Notes: a model not told the origin generated them from the letters alone. A stretch of DNA of 64,000 nucleotides from Spirulina sp. (GCA_044070495.1 JBIPSI010000015.1:32001-96000), one strand, 5' to 3'; positions 43,710 through 52,649 are shown, counted from the first letter of the stretch. Made by a program: numbers and translations.

Positions 43710-43803
43710 AGGGAACAGGGGATAGGGAACAGGGGATAGGGAACAGCAAGAGAAATCTATCTGTCACCTGTCACCTGTCACCTGCCACCTGTCACCTGTT
43801 ACC
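43710..43803. repeat. Heptamer tandem repeats (STRR-like)
   Basis: Alternating GGAACAG/GGGATAG units, then six TGTCACC-like units. Confidence 0.8.
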
Positions 43804-44026
43804 TAAGCAAGAAGGGAATTTGTACCGTAATAGCACCCGTCGGGCATTCCTTTTCGCAGGGTAGGCAGAACCAGCACTCGTCGTATTTCATGTAGGCTTT
43901 GCCCGTTTCGGGGTTTTTCACCAGCACATCCAAAGGGCAAACTTCAATGCAGGCGACACATTTTTCAAGGCATTTGGATTCGTCCACAATCACTGGGACA
44001 TCCACACGCTGAGTTGTCAAAGCCAT
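43799..44026 (-). CDS. 2x[4Fe-4S] ferredoxin, AprB-like
   Basis: CLEKCVACIEVCP and ECWFCLPCEKECP. Confidence 0.92.
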   Translation of the reverse strand: MALTTQRVDVPVIVDESKCLEKCVACIEVCPLDVLVKNPETGKAYMKYDECWFCLPCEKECPTGAITVQIPFLLR

Positions 44027-44067
44027 AGCAAAAGTCCTGAGATTTAATAAGGGTGAATAAGGTCTTT

Positions 44068-44319
44068 CCGGCTCCCCTCTCCTCCCTGGGCTACTAAGTA
44101 CACACATCTTGTTCTCATGCCGTCATACCTGGGGGATCCCCCTAAATCCCCCTTGGAAAGGGGGACTTTGACTCCGATCCCCCCCTTAAAAAGGGGGGCT
44201 AGGGGGGATCAACCCTAGGAACTAAGCGGAATAGAGGCTTATGTATAAGCGGCAGCCTTCCTGGGAGAGGGGGTGGGGGTGAGGTGAGGGATTGTCATGG
44301 TGGGCAGTGCCCACCCTAC
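44068..44319. repeat. Nested repeat complex between flavoprotein and ferredoxin genes
   Basis: CCCCTCTCC/GGAGAGGGG repeat split by a ~167-bp element that itself contains the CCCCCTT palindrome; GGTGGGCAGTGCCCACC unit at the end. Confidence 0.7.
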
Positions 44320-44322
44320 GGT

Positions 44323-46026
44323 TTACCGTACGGCGACGTCGTAGACTTCTTCCTTCAAATTCACGTCTACGATGTAGGGTTCTACGACCCGCTTAAACAG
44401 TTCCATTTCGCCGTTTTCGCCCTTCTTCAGGTTGACGTGGCAGAACCATTCGGCATCGTTCTTTTCGGGATAATCCAGCCGATAGTGGTAGAGGCCCCAG
44501 CGGGTTTCTTTGCGGAAGAGGGAGGCACGGGCGGCCATTTCGGCGCAGTCGCGGATGAAGTGGACTTCCATGCAGCGCATCAGTTCGTGGGGATCGCTGG
44601 CACCCATCACGTTCAGGTCGCTTTCGTAGGCCACAAACTTTTCGAGGCCAATGTCCATCTTGTGGGGCGACTTGGGCGGTTGCAGATAGTCGTTCACCAG
44701 GCGGCGCAGCTTGTATTCCACCTGGGTATGGGGTACGCCGTTGGGCTGGTTCAGCGGGCGATAGATGCGCTCCTGCTCGGCGGAGAGGAAGTCGGCATCG
44801 GGTTCCACATGCTCTAGATCGCGCACGTAGTCCATGGCGTTTTCCCCGGCAATGCGGCCATAGACGAAGGCCCCAATCATGTAGTTGTGGGGCACACTGG
44901 CCATATCGCCAGCGGCATAGAGACCGGGCACCGTGGTTTCGGCCCGCTCGTTCACCCACACCCCAGAGGCGCTGTGGCCGCTGCACAGGCCAATTTCGGA
45001 GATGTTCATTTCCACGCCGTGGGTGCGGTAGTTTTCGCCCCGGCCTTCGTGGAAGCGCCCCCGGCTGGGACGCTCGTTGTCCCACAGCACCCGCTCGATT
45101 TCGGAAATCGTGTCGTCGTCCAGGTGGTACATCTTCAGGTGGACGGGGCCTTTGCCGGAGTTCAGCTCTTTGAAGACCTCCAGCATCATTTGGCCACTCC
45201 AGTAGTCGCAGCTAATGAAGCGGTGACCCTCGGCGTTGGCGGTGTAGGCTCCGAAGGGGCTGGCCACGTAGGCGCAGGCGGGGCCGTTGTAGTCCTTAAT
45301 CAGCGGGTTGATCTGGAAGCATTCGATGTTGGTCAGTTCCGCCCCGGCATGGTAGGCCATGGAGTAGCCATCCCCGGCGTTGGTGGGGTTTTCGTAGGTG
45401 CCGTAGAGGTAGCCGGAGGCAGGCAGACCCAACCGACCGCAGGCTCCGGTACAAAGCACGACGGCCTTGGCTTGAATTACCACCATATTGCCGTTGCGGA
45501 CATCCAGGCCCACCGCCCCGGTGACGCGACCATTTTGCACCATCACGCGGGTGGCCATGACGCGGTTGGTAACATTGACCTTATGGCGCTTCACCTGGCG
45601 AGCGAGGATTTTTTTCAGATCCTTACCTTCAGGCATGGGCAGCACGTATTTGCCGACCCGGTGAACCTGCTTGAGGTCGTAGTTGCCTTCGTGATCTTTT
45701 TGAAATTTGACCCCCCAGCTTTCCAGTTCTTGAATCACCTCAAAGCCTAAACGTCCGGTTTCGTAAACGGCTTTTTGGTTCACAATGCCGTCGTTGGCAA
45801 TGGTGATTTCACGAACGTATTGCTCTGGGGTAGAATTGCCGGGAATCACAGCGGTATTGACGCCATCCATGCCCATGGCAATGGCACCACTGCGACGAAT
45901 ATTGGCCTTTTCCAAAATCAACACATCGCTTTCGGGGCTGGCCTGCTTTGCTTTAATGGCGGCCATGGTGCCAGCGGTTCCACCACCGACTACCAAAAAA
46001 TCCGTTTTCAGATACTGAATATTCAC
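44323..46026 (-). CDS. Fumarate reductase/succinate dehydrogenase-superfamily flavoprotein, AprA-like
   Basis: VVGGGTAG, EKANIRRSGAIA (no covalent-FAD His), NAGDG, GLYAAGD, RKETRWG...RLDYP; GTG start with GAGGA RBS. Confidence 0.9.
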   Translation of the reverse strand: MNIQYLKTDFLVVGGGTAGTMAAIKAKQASPESDVLILEKANIRRSGAIAMGMDGVNTAVIPGNSTPEQYVREITIANDGIVNQKAVYETGRLGFEVIQELESWGVKFQKDHEGNYDLKQVHRVGKYVLPMPEGKDLKKILARQVKRHKVNVTNRVMATRVMVQNGRVTGAVGLDVRNGNMVVIQAKAVVLCTGACGRLGLPASGYLYGTYENPTNAGDGYSMAYHAGAELTNIECFQINPLIKDYNGPACAYVASPFGAYTANAEGHRFISCDYWSGQMMLEVFKELNSGKGPVHLKMYHLDDDTISEIERVLWDNERPSRGRFHEGRGENYRTHGVEMNISEIGLCSGHSASGVWVNERAETTVPGLYAAGDMASVPHNYMIGAFVYGRIAGENAMDYVRDLEHVEPDADFLSAEQERIYRPLNQPNGVPHTQVEYKLRRLVNDYLQPPKSPHKMDIGLEKFVAYESDLNVMGASDPHELMRCMEVHFIRDCAEMAARASLFRKETRWGLYHYRLDYPEKNDAEWFCHVNLKKGENGEMELFKRVVEPYIVDVNLKEEVYDVAVR

Positions 46027-46153
46027 TTAACCACGTCCTCAGCTTAAACGGCAGTGAAATTGAAATCTTGGTCGATTTATCAAGGCTAGGGATGACCTTT
46101 AGGGCTATCGATAATCGCCCTCGTTTCTACGCCTCGTGTATGCAGTGTAGGAG

Positions 46154-46239
46154 AGTCTAAAATGACCATCAATACAGTTTGTAACGATGGCTACGGTTTG
46201 ATCATCACAGGCTTCTATACACTCATAAAAAATATCTAT
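46154..46239 (-). promoter_or_regulatory. Putative NtcA-activated promoter with upstream LysR-type box
   Basis: GTA-N8-TAC at 46181-46194, TAGACT 21 nt downstream on the minus strand, ATAA-N7-CTAT at 46225-46239. Confidence 0.6.
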
Positions 46240-46482
46240 CAATCCTTGAAAGCTTGATGTGTGCTGAATCCTCAGTCTCTTTGGGCTGGGTCATTGGGAG
46301 CAAATTCCTCTAGAATGGAGGCATCAAACTCGCCCTTGAATCAAGATTGGGCTATCTCAAACCATGAAGGTAAAATTTGATTCGTGAGTTGATGGATAGA
46401 TGGATTTTAGAATTACGTAGGATGCGTTAGCCTTGACCTAGGGTACGACAACATTATTCAGCGTTGATTGGCTTCGATAATC

Positions 46483-46669
46483 TAGTCTCAATAGATCACA
46501 AACATGCTCTCTTGCCGTAACCCAGCCCTCACCCTAAATCCCTCTCCCAAGATGGGAGAGGGACTTTGAAGAGCTTCCGGCTCCCCTCTCCTCCCTGGGA
46601 GAGGGGTTGGGGGTGTAGCTTGCTTCCCGTTAGGGTGGGCTGCGGGAACTTTGTGATCTACGGAGTCTA
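46483..46669. repeat. MITE-like element enclosing CCCTCTCCC/GGGAGAGGG repeats
   Basis: Imperfect 20-bp terminal inverted repeats TAGTCTCAATAGATCACAAA / TTTGTGATCTACGGAGTCTA, TA at both ends. Confidence 0.7.
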
Positions 46670-46797
46670 AAAAATTCATTTAATTCATCCTGATAACTTC
46701 CTATCAATTTAATTGCATTCAGTTTTGAGGTCTGTATTTAAGGTTAAATTTCGACCTGCATTGAGTTCCTTCCTACGCGCCCAAGACGCATCATGCC

Positions 46798-48837
46798 GTG
46801 GAAATCTATCAGCTTAAAGTTTTCCTAGAAGTGGCCCGCTGTCTCAGCTTCACCGAAGCCGCCGACACCCTAAATTTGACCCAGCCCGCCGTCAGCGCCA
46901 AGATCAAATCCCTAGAAGCTGAGTTAGAAACGCCGCTCTTTCATCGTTTGGGCCGACGAGTTGAACTCACCGAGATAGGGAATTACTTACTGGCCGAAGG
47001 GCCGCAACTGCTGGAGATGGAGCAGCGCCTCAAGGCCGAAATTGAGGAAATTAAGCAGGGAAAGCACAGTGCCCTAACCATCGGTGGTATGGCCGATGTG
47101 ATGGATCACTGGTTGCCGTCGGTGCTGTACGACTATCGGCGACTGCACCCAGCGGTGCAGACCCGCTGTGTGCAGTTCACTTCGGCGGAGGAATTGTATC
47201 GAGCAATTAAATCTGGGGAGGTAGATTTGGGAATTTCAGACCTCAGCTATGCCACCTTTGACGATTTAGCTGAAACGGCGATTGATTCGGTTCACTATTC
47301 CTTGGCCGTTTCCTCCAGCCACCGTTTAGCCCAACAACCCTGGTTGAGTTTACAAGAATTAAAGGATGAATCTTGGGTGCTGCTGCCGGAGGGTTCGCCC
47401 AGCCGCATTATGCTGCAAAAACGAATGCAGGAATTGGGGCTAGAACTGTCGGATTTTGCCCATGTGGAAGTGGTGGATTCCCTCAGTCAGGTGCGTACTT
47501 ATCTGATGCAGGGGCATTACCTCGGCTTTGTGTCCGATTTTGAGCTGCATTTAGAAAGTCAGGCTGGGCTAATTCGCCATGTGCCCCTAGAGGAATTTGC
47601 CCTAGGAAGTCCGCTTTTCTTACTCATGGCCAAGCGCCTGAATCGTGCCCTAGAATCTTCTGTACCCGGAGGATCTTCCCGGTCTAGCCTAGAAGCTGTG
47701 CGGCAGTTTGTGACGCTACTCAAAACGCGCCAAACGAGCCGTTCCCCGTTATTAGCAACCTCATCATATCCCCTAGCTCCCTCCCAGCCCGCTGCCACCA
47801 TGGCTAGGGTGCCCCAATTCCAAGCGCCCAACTTTTTGGTGCGTTCGGTTTCCCCTGGCAACACAGATACGATTCGCCTCACCATTGGCACCCAAAATCG
47901 CACCATTCAAACCATTACCGCTGGGCTAATTATTCAGCGGTTGGGCCTTCTGGAACACTTTTTGCCCCGCCACGGACGCTACAGCGGCACCCGCTACCAA
48001 ATCCGCTGGGCCGACTATAGCTCCGGTGCGCCCATTGTGGAGGGGCTGCAAACCCAACAGATTGATATCGGCATATTGGGAGACTATCCCCTACTGCTCA
48101 GCGCCCTCCCCGGTGCGGACAATCCAGCCTGCACCCGGCTGATTAGCTTTGTGGCCAGCAACCCCGACGGCACCGGAAACGACATCATCGTGCCCCACCA
48201 GTCCTCGTTGCACTGCATCGAAGACCTGGCCGGACGGGTGATTGCGGTGCCCTTTGGTTCGGCGGCCCACGGCATGGTGATGCGCTCCCTGCACCACTGC
48301 GACCTACTAGATGCCGTCACCCTCACCACCATTGATGCCTGCAACCAGTGCACCCGCCGCCCTTCTGGTTCCGCCAATCACGCCATCGACGGCTACGCCT
48401 ACTTCGCCCCCTTCCACGAAATTGCCAAACATAAGGGGCAATTTCGGCGGCTGTTGTCCCACCAACTCGATGGCCTGCCCACCTTCCACGGGGTGGTGAT
48501 TCGCGACGAACTGGCCGATCAGTATCCCGAAATTGCCGTGGCCTACCTGCGGGCACTCCTCGCCGCCCAGTATTGGTACGCCACCCAGCCCATCGCCCCC
48601 ACCTTGGTTAGCCGCTGGGTGAATATGGATGCCGCCATCGTCAGCAAAACCCTGCTGTCGGGTACAGGGGATTCCTTGGATGTGGTGTATCGCCCCGAAA
48701 CCCAACTGCGGGCCGACTGGCTCCAGGCTCACATTCAAGCGCTCAGCCAAATTGCGGGGCAAGAAACCCTGGGCCACATCAACCTAGAGGGCTGGATGCA
48801 ACCCGAATTTCTCGCCGCCGCCGTCGCCGCCCTTTAG
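46798..48837 (+). CDS. LysR regulator fused to an ABC substrate-binding-like domain
   Basis: SFTEAADTLNLTQPAVS HTH plus LysR substrate domain, then a ~320-aa domain aligning by eye with the SBP at 50754-52265. Confidence 0.9.
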   Translation: MEIYQLKVFLEVARCLSFTEAADTLNLTQPAVSAKIKSLEAELETPLFHRLGRRVELTEIGNYLLAEGPQLLEMEQRLKAEIEEIKQGKHSALTIGGMADVMDHWLPSVLYDYRRLHPAVQTRCVQFTSAEELYRAIKSGEVDLGISDLSYATFDDLAETAIDSVHYSLAVSSSHRLAQQPWLSLQELKDESWVLLPEGSPSRIMLQKRMQELGLELSDFAHVEVVDSLSQVRTYLMQGHYLGFVSDFELHLESQAGLIRHVPLEEFALGSPLFLLMAKRLNRALESSVPGGSSRSSLEAVRQFVTLLKTRQTSRSPLLATSSYPLAPSQPAATMARVPQFQAPNFLVRSVSPGNTDTIRLTIGTQNRTIQTITAGLIIQRLGLLEHFLPRHGRYSGTRYQIRWADYSSGAPIVEGLQTQQIDIGILGDYPLLLSALPGADNPACTRLISFVASNPDGTGNDIIVPHQSSLHCIEDLAGRVIAVPFGSAAHGMVMRSLHHCDLLDAVTLTTIDACNQCTRRPSGSANHAIDGYAYFAPFHEIAKHKGQFRRLLSHQLDGLPTFHGVVIRDELADQYPEIAVAYLRALLAAQYWYATQPIAPTLVSRWVNMDAAIVSKTLLSGTGDSLDVVYRPETQLRADWLQAHIQALSQIAGQETLGHINLEGWMQPEFLAAAVAAL

Positions 48838-48847
48838 AGATTACCTA

Positions 48848-49672
48848 TCAACAGGCTTCCATGCTTTTCATGGTTTCTTCGCGGATGCAGTCGAATACCT
48901 GGCGATGGAGGTCAATGAAATCCTGGGAAAGGGTGTCGTCAAAGTGTCGCGGACGGGGCAAATGGACCGGGATTTCTGACTTGATTCGGCCTGGGTGAAC
49001 GCCCATGGTGCAAATGCGATCACCGAGGAAAATGGCTTCTTCGATGTCGTGGGTGACAAAAATCACGGTGGTTTTCAGATCGTCCCAAATGCTCAGCAAA
49101 AGCTCTTGCATCATGTGGCGAGTTTGGGCATCTAGGGCAGCAAAGGGTTCGTCCATCAACAACACCGAGGGCGAATTCACCAAGGCTCGAATAATACTGG
49201 CCCGCTGCTGCATTCCTCCCGAAAGCTGATGGGGGTAGCTATTGCGGTGTTTGTACAGCCCTACCCGATTCAGGTAATCATTTACCCGCTCGGTACGTTC
49301 CGCCTTAGAAACCCCTTGAATTCTTAGGCCCATTTCCACATTTTGAAAGGTGGTCTTCCAGGGTAATAGGGAATACTGCTGGAACACAAAGCCCCGATCT
49401 GCTCCAGGGCGGGTAATCGGCGTTTGATCGACCAAAACATAGCCACTAGAGGGCTTAATAAACCCAGCAATCACATTCAGAAGGGTAGATTTACCGCAGC
49501 CCGATGGCCCCAGCAAGCAGACAAATTCTCCGGGCTGAATGGAAAGTTGAATCGAATCTAGTACGCAATTTTCGTACTGTTTTCGGCGATAGACCACCGA
49601 CAAACCTTCGACCTGTACCGATCCCTTTAGGGTGGCTCGTTGGTCTTGTTCAATTTGATGCATCGTAACCAT
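48848..49672 (-). CDS. ABC transporter ATPase (NrtD/SsuB/TauB type)
   Basis: GPSGCGKST, VFQQYSLLPW, LSGGMQQR, DEPFAALD, VTHD. Confidence 0.95.
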   Translation of the reverse strand: MVTMHQIEQDQRATLKGSVQVEGLSVVYRRKQYENCVLDSIQLSIQPGEFVCLLGPSGCGKSTLLNVIAGFIKPSSGYVLVDQTPITRPGADRGFVFQQYSLLPWKTTFQNVEMGLRIQGVSKAERTERVNDYLNRVGLYKHRNSYPHQLSGGMQQRASIIRALVNSPSVLLMDEPFAALDAQTRHMMQELLLSIWDDLKTTVIFVTHDIEEAIFLGDRICTMGVHPGRIKSEIPVHLPRPRHFDDTLSQDFIDLHRQVFDCIREETMKSMEAC

Positions 49673-49724
49673 AAACTCTCCTTGCTAATCAGTCCTAACT
49701 AGTCCGTGGGTTAGTTGTTGATCG

Positions 49725-50573
49725 TTAGCTCTGTTTTTTGATCACCCGCCAAGGCATGAGGGCGCGGGTCGCCTGATCTACCGCCCAGGAGCTAAAGGCT
49801 CCCATAAAGCCAATCAGCAGCATTCCCATCACAATGGGCGGATAGTTGGAGGTAACGTAGGATTCCCAAGTGATGTAGCCAATCCCATAACGTCCTGCCA
49901 AAATTTCGGCGGTTACTAAGCAAAACCAGGCATTACCCATACCAATCGTGAGGCCGCTGGCGATGCTAGGCATGGAGCCTGGAATTACAATGTCCTTAAA
50001 AATGTGCCAGGGATTGGCCCCTAAACATTGCCCTACTCGAATGAGAACAGTATCTCCAAGGGTACTTTCTACGCCCTTAATTGTACTGATCAAGATTGGA
50101 AAAAATGCACCGATAAAGGTGATGTAAACCATGCCGCTTTCAGCATTGGGAAACATCAAAATAGCCAGAGGAATCCAGGCCACGGCTGGAATCGGACGCA
50201 GAATTTCGAGGGGCGGCATCGTCAGATCTTCTACAACCTCAAACCAGCCCACTAAAACTCCTAATAGAACTCCTAAAACAGAGGCAATGGCATAGCCGAT
50301 TAAAACCCTCTGGATGCTAGACCAAAAATGTATCCAGGGGCTATTGGTAACAAATTTAGTCGTTGCCTTTAGAACCTCCCAAGGAGAAGGAAGAAACTGA
50401 AAGTTGATGAAGAAATTGAAGTTGATGCTGCTGAGAATTTGCCAAATACCAAAGAACAACACCAGCGATAGGGCTTGACGTAGGGGCCGATTACCCAACA
50501 CCGTCTTTGTCGCCACCGAACCGACCTGAGCCACCCACCCCATAGGATTTGGCTTGGACACCGTAACTGCCAT
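49725..50573 (-). CDS. ABC transporter permease (NrtB/SsuC/TauC type)
   Basis: LRPIPAVAWIPL, AWFCLVTAE motifs. Confidence 0.95.
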   Translation of the reverse strand: MAVTVSKPNPMGWVAQVGSVATKTVLGNRPLRQALSLVLFFGIWQILSSINFNFFINFQFLPSPWEVLKATTKFVTNSPWIHFWSSIQRVLIGYAIASVLGVLLGVLVGWFEVVEDLTMPPLEILRPIPAVAWIPLAILMFPNAESGMVYITFIGAFFPILISTIKGVESTLGDTVLIRVGQCLGANPWHIFKDIVIPGSMPSIASGLTIGMGNAWFCLVTAEILAGRYGIGYITWESYVTSNYPPIVMGMLLIGFMGAFSSWAVDQATRALMPWRVIKKQS

Positions 50574-50753
50574 TATTTTCCTCCCAAACTACTGTGGGGT
50601 CAGGCCCCTAGGGCCACTGTACGGGGACACTATCTCCGTAGTCTGTGTATTCTGCGTCACCGAAAAGACGACCTTCATGCGGGGCAGACATTCGCCTCAG
50701 CCACCCCAAAGACCTGACCTAATAGACCATCGAACGACCGACCTTAACCTGAC

Positions 50754-52265
50754 CTAGCGAGTGCCTACGAGGGCAGGCTGCTGCGCGTAGAGGCTCTGCA
50801 ATTCCCGGAAGGCCGTCAGGGTTCCCCCAGTTTGAGACGCGTAGGCTTGGGCATCAGACTCTAGCAAAAAGGCCGCTACCTCATCACCATTGCTGACAAA
50901 GTAGGAGTTTTCAGCAAACAGTTTCCAGCCATTGTTGTGGTCATGCACAAACATGGCATTGGCCGCTTGGCCTTCCGCCTGGAGTGCCGTCAACGCCTTC
51001 ACCATATTGGCAATGGAGGCAAAGTTCGTGACCGTTTCCTCACCCTGTACCCAATATTGGGCGGCCTTTTTCGGGTCTTCAATGGCTTCTCCGGTTAGGG
51101 CATCTTCCCCCGTAATTTCGTAGGATTCAGCGGTGGCGATGACATCATCGTAGTTCAGTCCCATTTCCTCAATGGCGGTGCGGAGAAAGCCGTCATCAAT
51201 CCAGTTCACAACTTCGCTTGGATCGACGGGGTTTTCAATCCTGCCAAGGCTAGTTAGGGTGGCGATACTATTCTTGAGTGCATCCATTTGTACATCGCCA
51301 ATGGTGGGATTAAGGGCCTGCAACCCAGAGGGGCCAAGGAACATATAGACCACCTCTTTTTCAATGCCAGACCACTCTTGAATTTGGGCTGAAATTCCCT
51401 CAGGATCTTCCCGGAACATTTGGTTGGCTTCTAGCACCGCCTTCAGGTAGGCCACCACAATTTCGGGATGTTCTTCGGCAAAGTCAGACCGTACGGTGAT
51501 GCCATGGAGCGTGGGGACGCCCGTTTGAGCACCATCAAAAATCTTCTTGGCAAAGCCCCGAAAAGGAAACAATTCACCGAAGGGGACAAAGTTGGCGTGG
51601 GCATCGATTTGCCCGGTGCGTAGGCTAGATCCACCCACTTCGGGGGCTTGGCTAATCAGGTTGACATCGGTTTCGGGGTCTAGTCCGGCATCGCTAAGGG
51701 CCTTCAGCATCATCCCGTGGGCGGCTGAACCAAAGGGAACTGACACCGTTCCACCCTTCAGATCCGCGAGAGATGTCACCTCGCTATCCTTGGGCACCAT
51801 CACCGCATTACCTGCGCCATTGGGACTGTAGGCCAAGGTGCCAATGAAAATCGCGTCGGAATCCTGGGCTTCCTGGGCAAATTTGATCAGGTTAATCACC
51901 GCCGGAAAGTCGCCCATTAGGCCAATATCGATTTGATCAGCCAGCATTTTATTGGTGATCGGTGGCCCAGAGGTATAGCTAGACCATTGGATGTCGTACT
52001 CGACTCCGGCATATTCGCCATCCTTAGGCAGGTGCTTTTCTAGCAGCTCTAGTTCGCGTACAGCCGCTCCACCAACTGCTGTATTAATCACCTGATCTTG
52101 GGTGCCAATGGCGATACGAATGACCTTGCCAGAATTACCTGAAGACGCTGATTCTTCGCCTTCTGCTGGAACATTTGCTGTAGAGCAAGCACCTACAAAA
52201 AGCATAGATGCCGTTAGAAAACCAGCCGTAATTTTTTGCCGAGACCAACCCATTAAGCTCATCAT
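50754..52265 (-). CDS. ABC substrate-binding lipoprotein (SsuA/NrtA type) with C-terminal extra domain
   Basis: Lipobox FVGAC, SGPP...IDIGLMGDFP, VPFGSAAH; start at 52265 inferred from RBS. Confidence 0.92.
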   Translation of the reverse strand: MMSLMGWSRQKITAGFLTASMLFVGACSTANVPAEGEESASSGNSGKVIRIAIGTQDQVINTAVGGAAVRELELLEKHLPKDGEYAGVEYDIQWSSYTSGPPITNKMLADQIDIGLMGDFPAVINLIKFAQEAQDSDAIFIGTLAYSPNGAGNAVMVPKDSEVTSLADLKGGTVSVPFGSAAHGMMLKALSDAGLDPETDVNLISQAPEVGGSSLRTGQIDAHANFVPFGELFPFRGFAKKIFDGAQTGVPTLHGITVRSDFAEEHPEIVVAYLKAVLEANQMFREDPEGISAQIQEWSGIEKEVVYMFLGPSGLQALNPTIGDVQMDALKNSIATLTSLGRIENPVDPSEVVNWIDDGFLRTAIEEMGLNYDDVIATAESYEITGEDALTGEAIEDPKKAAQYWVQGEETVTNFASIANMVKALTALQAEGQAANAMFVHDHNNGWKLFAENSYFVSNGDEVAAFLLESDAQAYASQTGGTLTAFRELQSLYAQQPALVGTR

Positions 52266-52324
52266 TAATTCATCTCCCTCAACGTTTGTCAGCCCTATTA
52301 AATCCATCGAATTTGGTGTGGGAC

Positions 52325-52385
52325 TGTAAATAGAGATACATCTTTTGTGAATCCTGCCTTTTATCCATAAAAGTAATCTTTGGAT
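52325..52385 (-). promoter_or_regulatory. Putative NtcA site with upstream LysR-type box
   Basis: Perfect TGTA-N8-TACA at 52325-52340; ATCCATAA-N7-CTTTGGAT at 52363-52385. Confidence 0.65.
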
Positions 52386-52412
52386 TAATTTTATTTTTTT
52401 ATCTATGGCTAA

Positions 52413-52443
52413 TATTCGTTGATTGATGGATAATCAACGAATA
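52413..52443. other. Perfect 12-bp inverted repeat upstream of the ABC operon
   Basis: TATTCGTTGATT-N7-AATCAACGAATA. Confidence 0.5.
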
Positions 52444-52649
52444 CCTACAGTCTGCTGATCGATCAGGCCGATGGTTGAGAGGGTGCTAATACTGGAGTAG
52501 TCTGACGGCGGGGCGTGAATGAGGTCGAGGAGCCATCGTTCACGCGAGGCGACCCATGGGGCAGACCGTAGCGAGTATCAGCAAAACGGCCAAGACCAAG
52601 GAGTCGCTACGCTAGCCTATTCCTAGGGAGATAGGGCCTTGGCCTCGGC

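Noticed and set aside
44323..46026. Calling the flavoprotein sdhA/frdA or true aprA
   Set aside because: It lacks the covalent-FAD histidine and Sdh partner genes, and there is no sat/qmo/aprM context for dissimilatory APS reduction; only superfamily-level and AprA-like calls are supported
28140..46669. CRISPR array among the clustered palindromes
   Set aside because: No regularly spaced identical repeats with unique spacers and no cas genes; these are dispersed REP/MITE-like families
48848..52265. Labelling the ABC system nrtABCD or cmpABCD
   Set aside because: Single short ATPase without the NrtC/CmpC extension, a different SBP type, and no nir/nar genes
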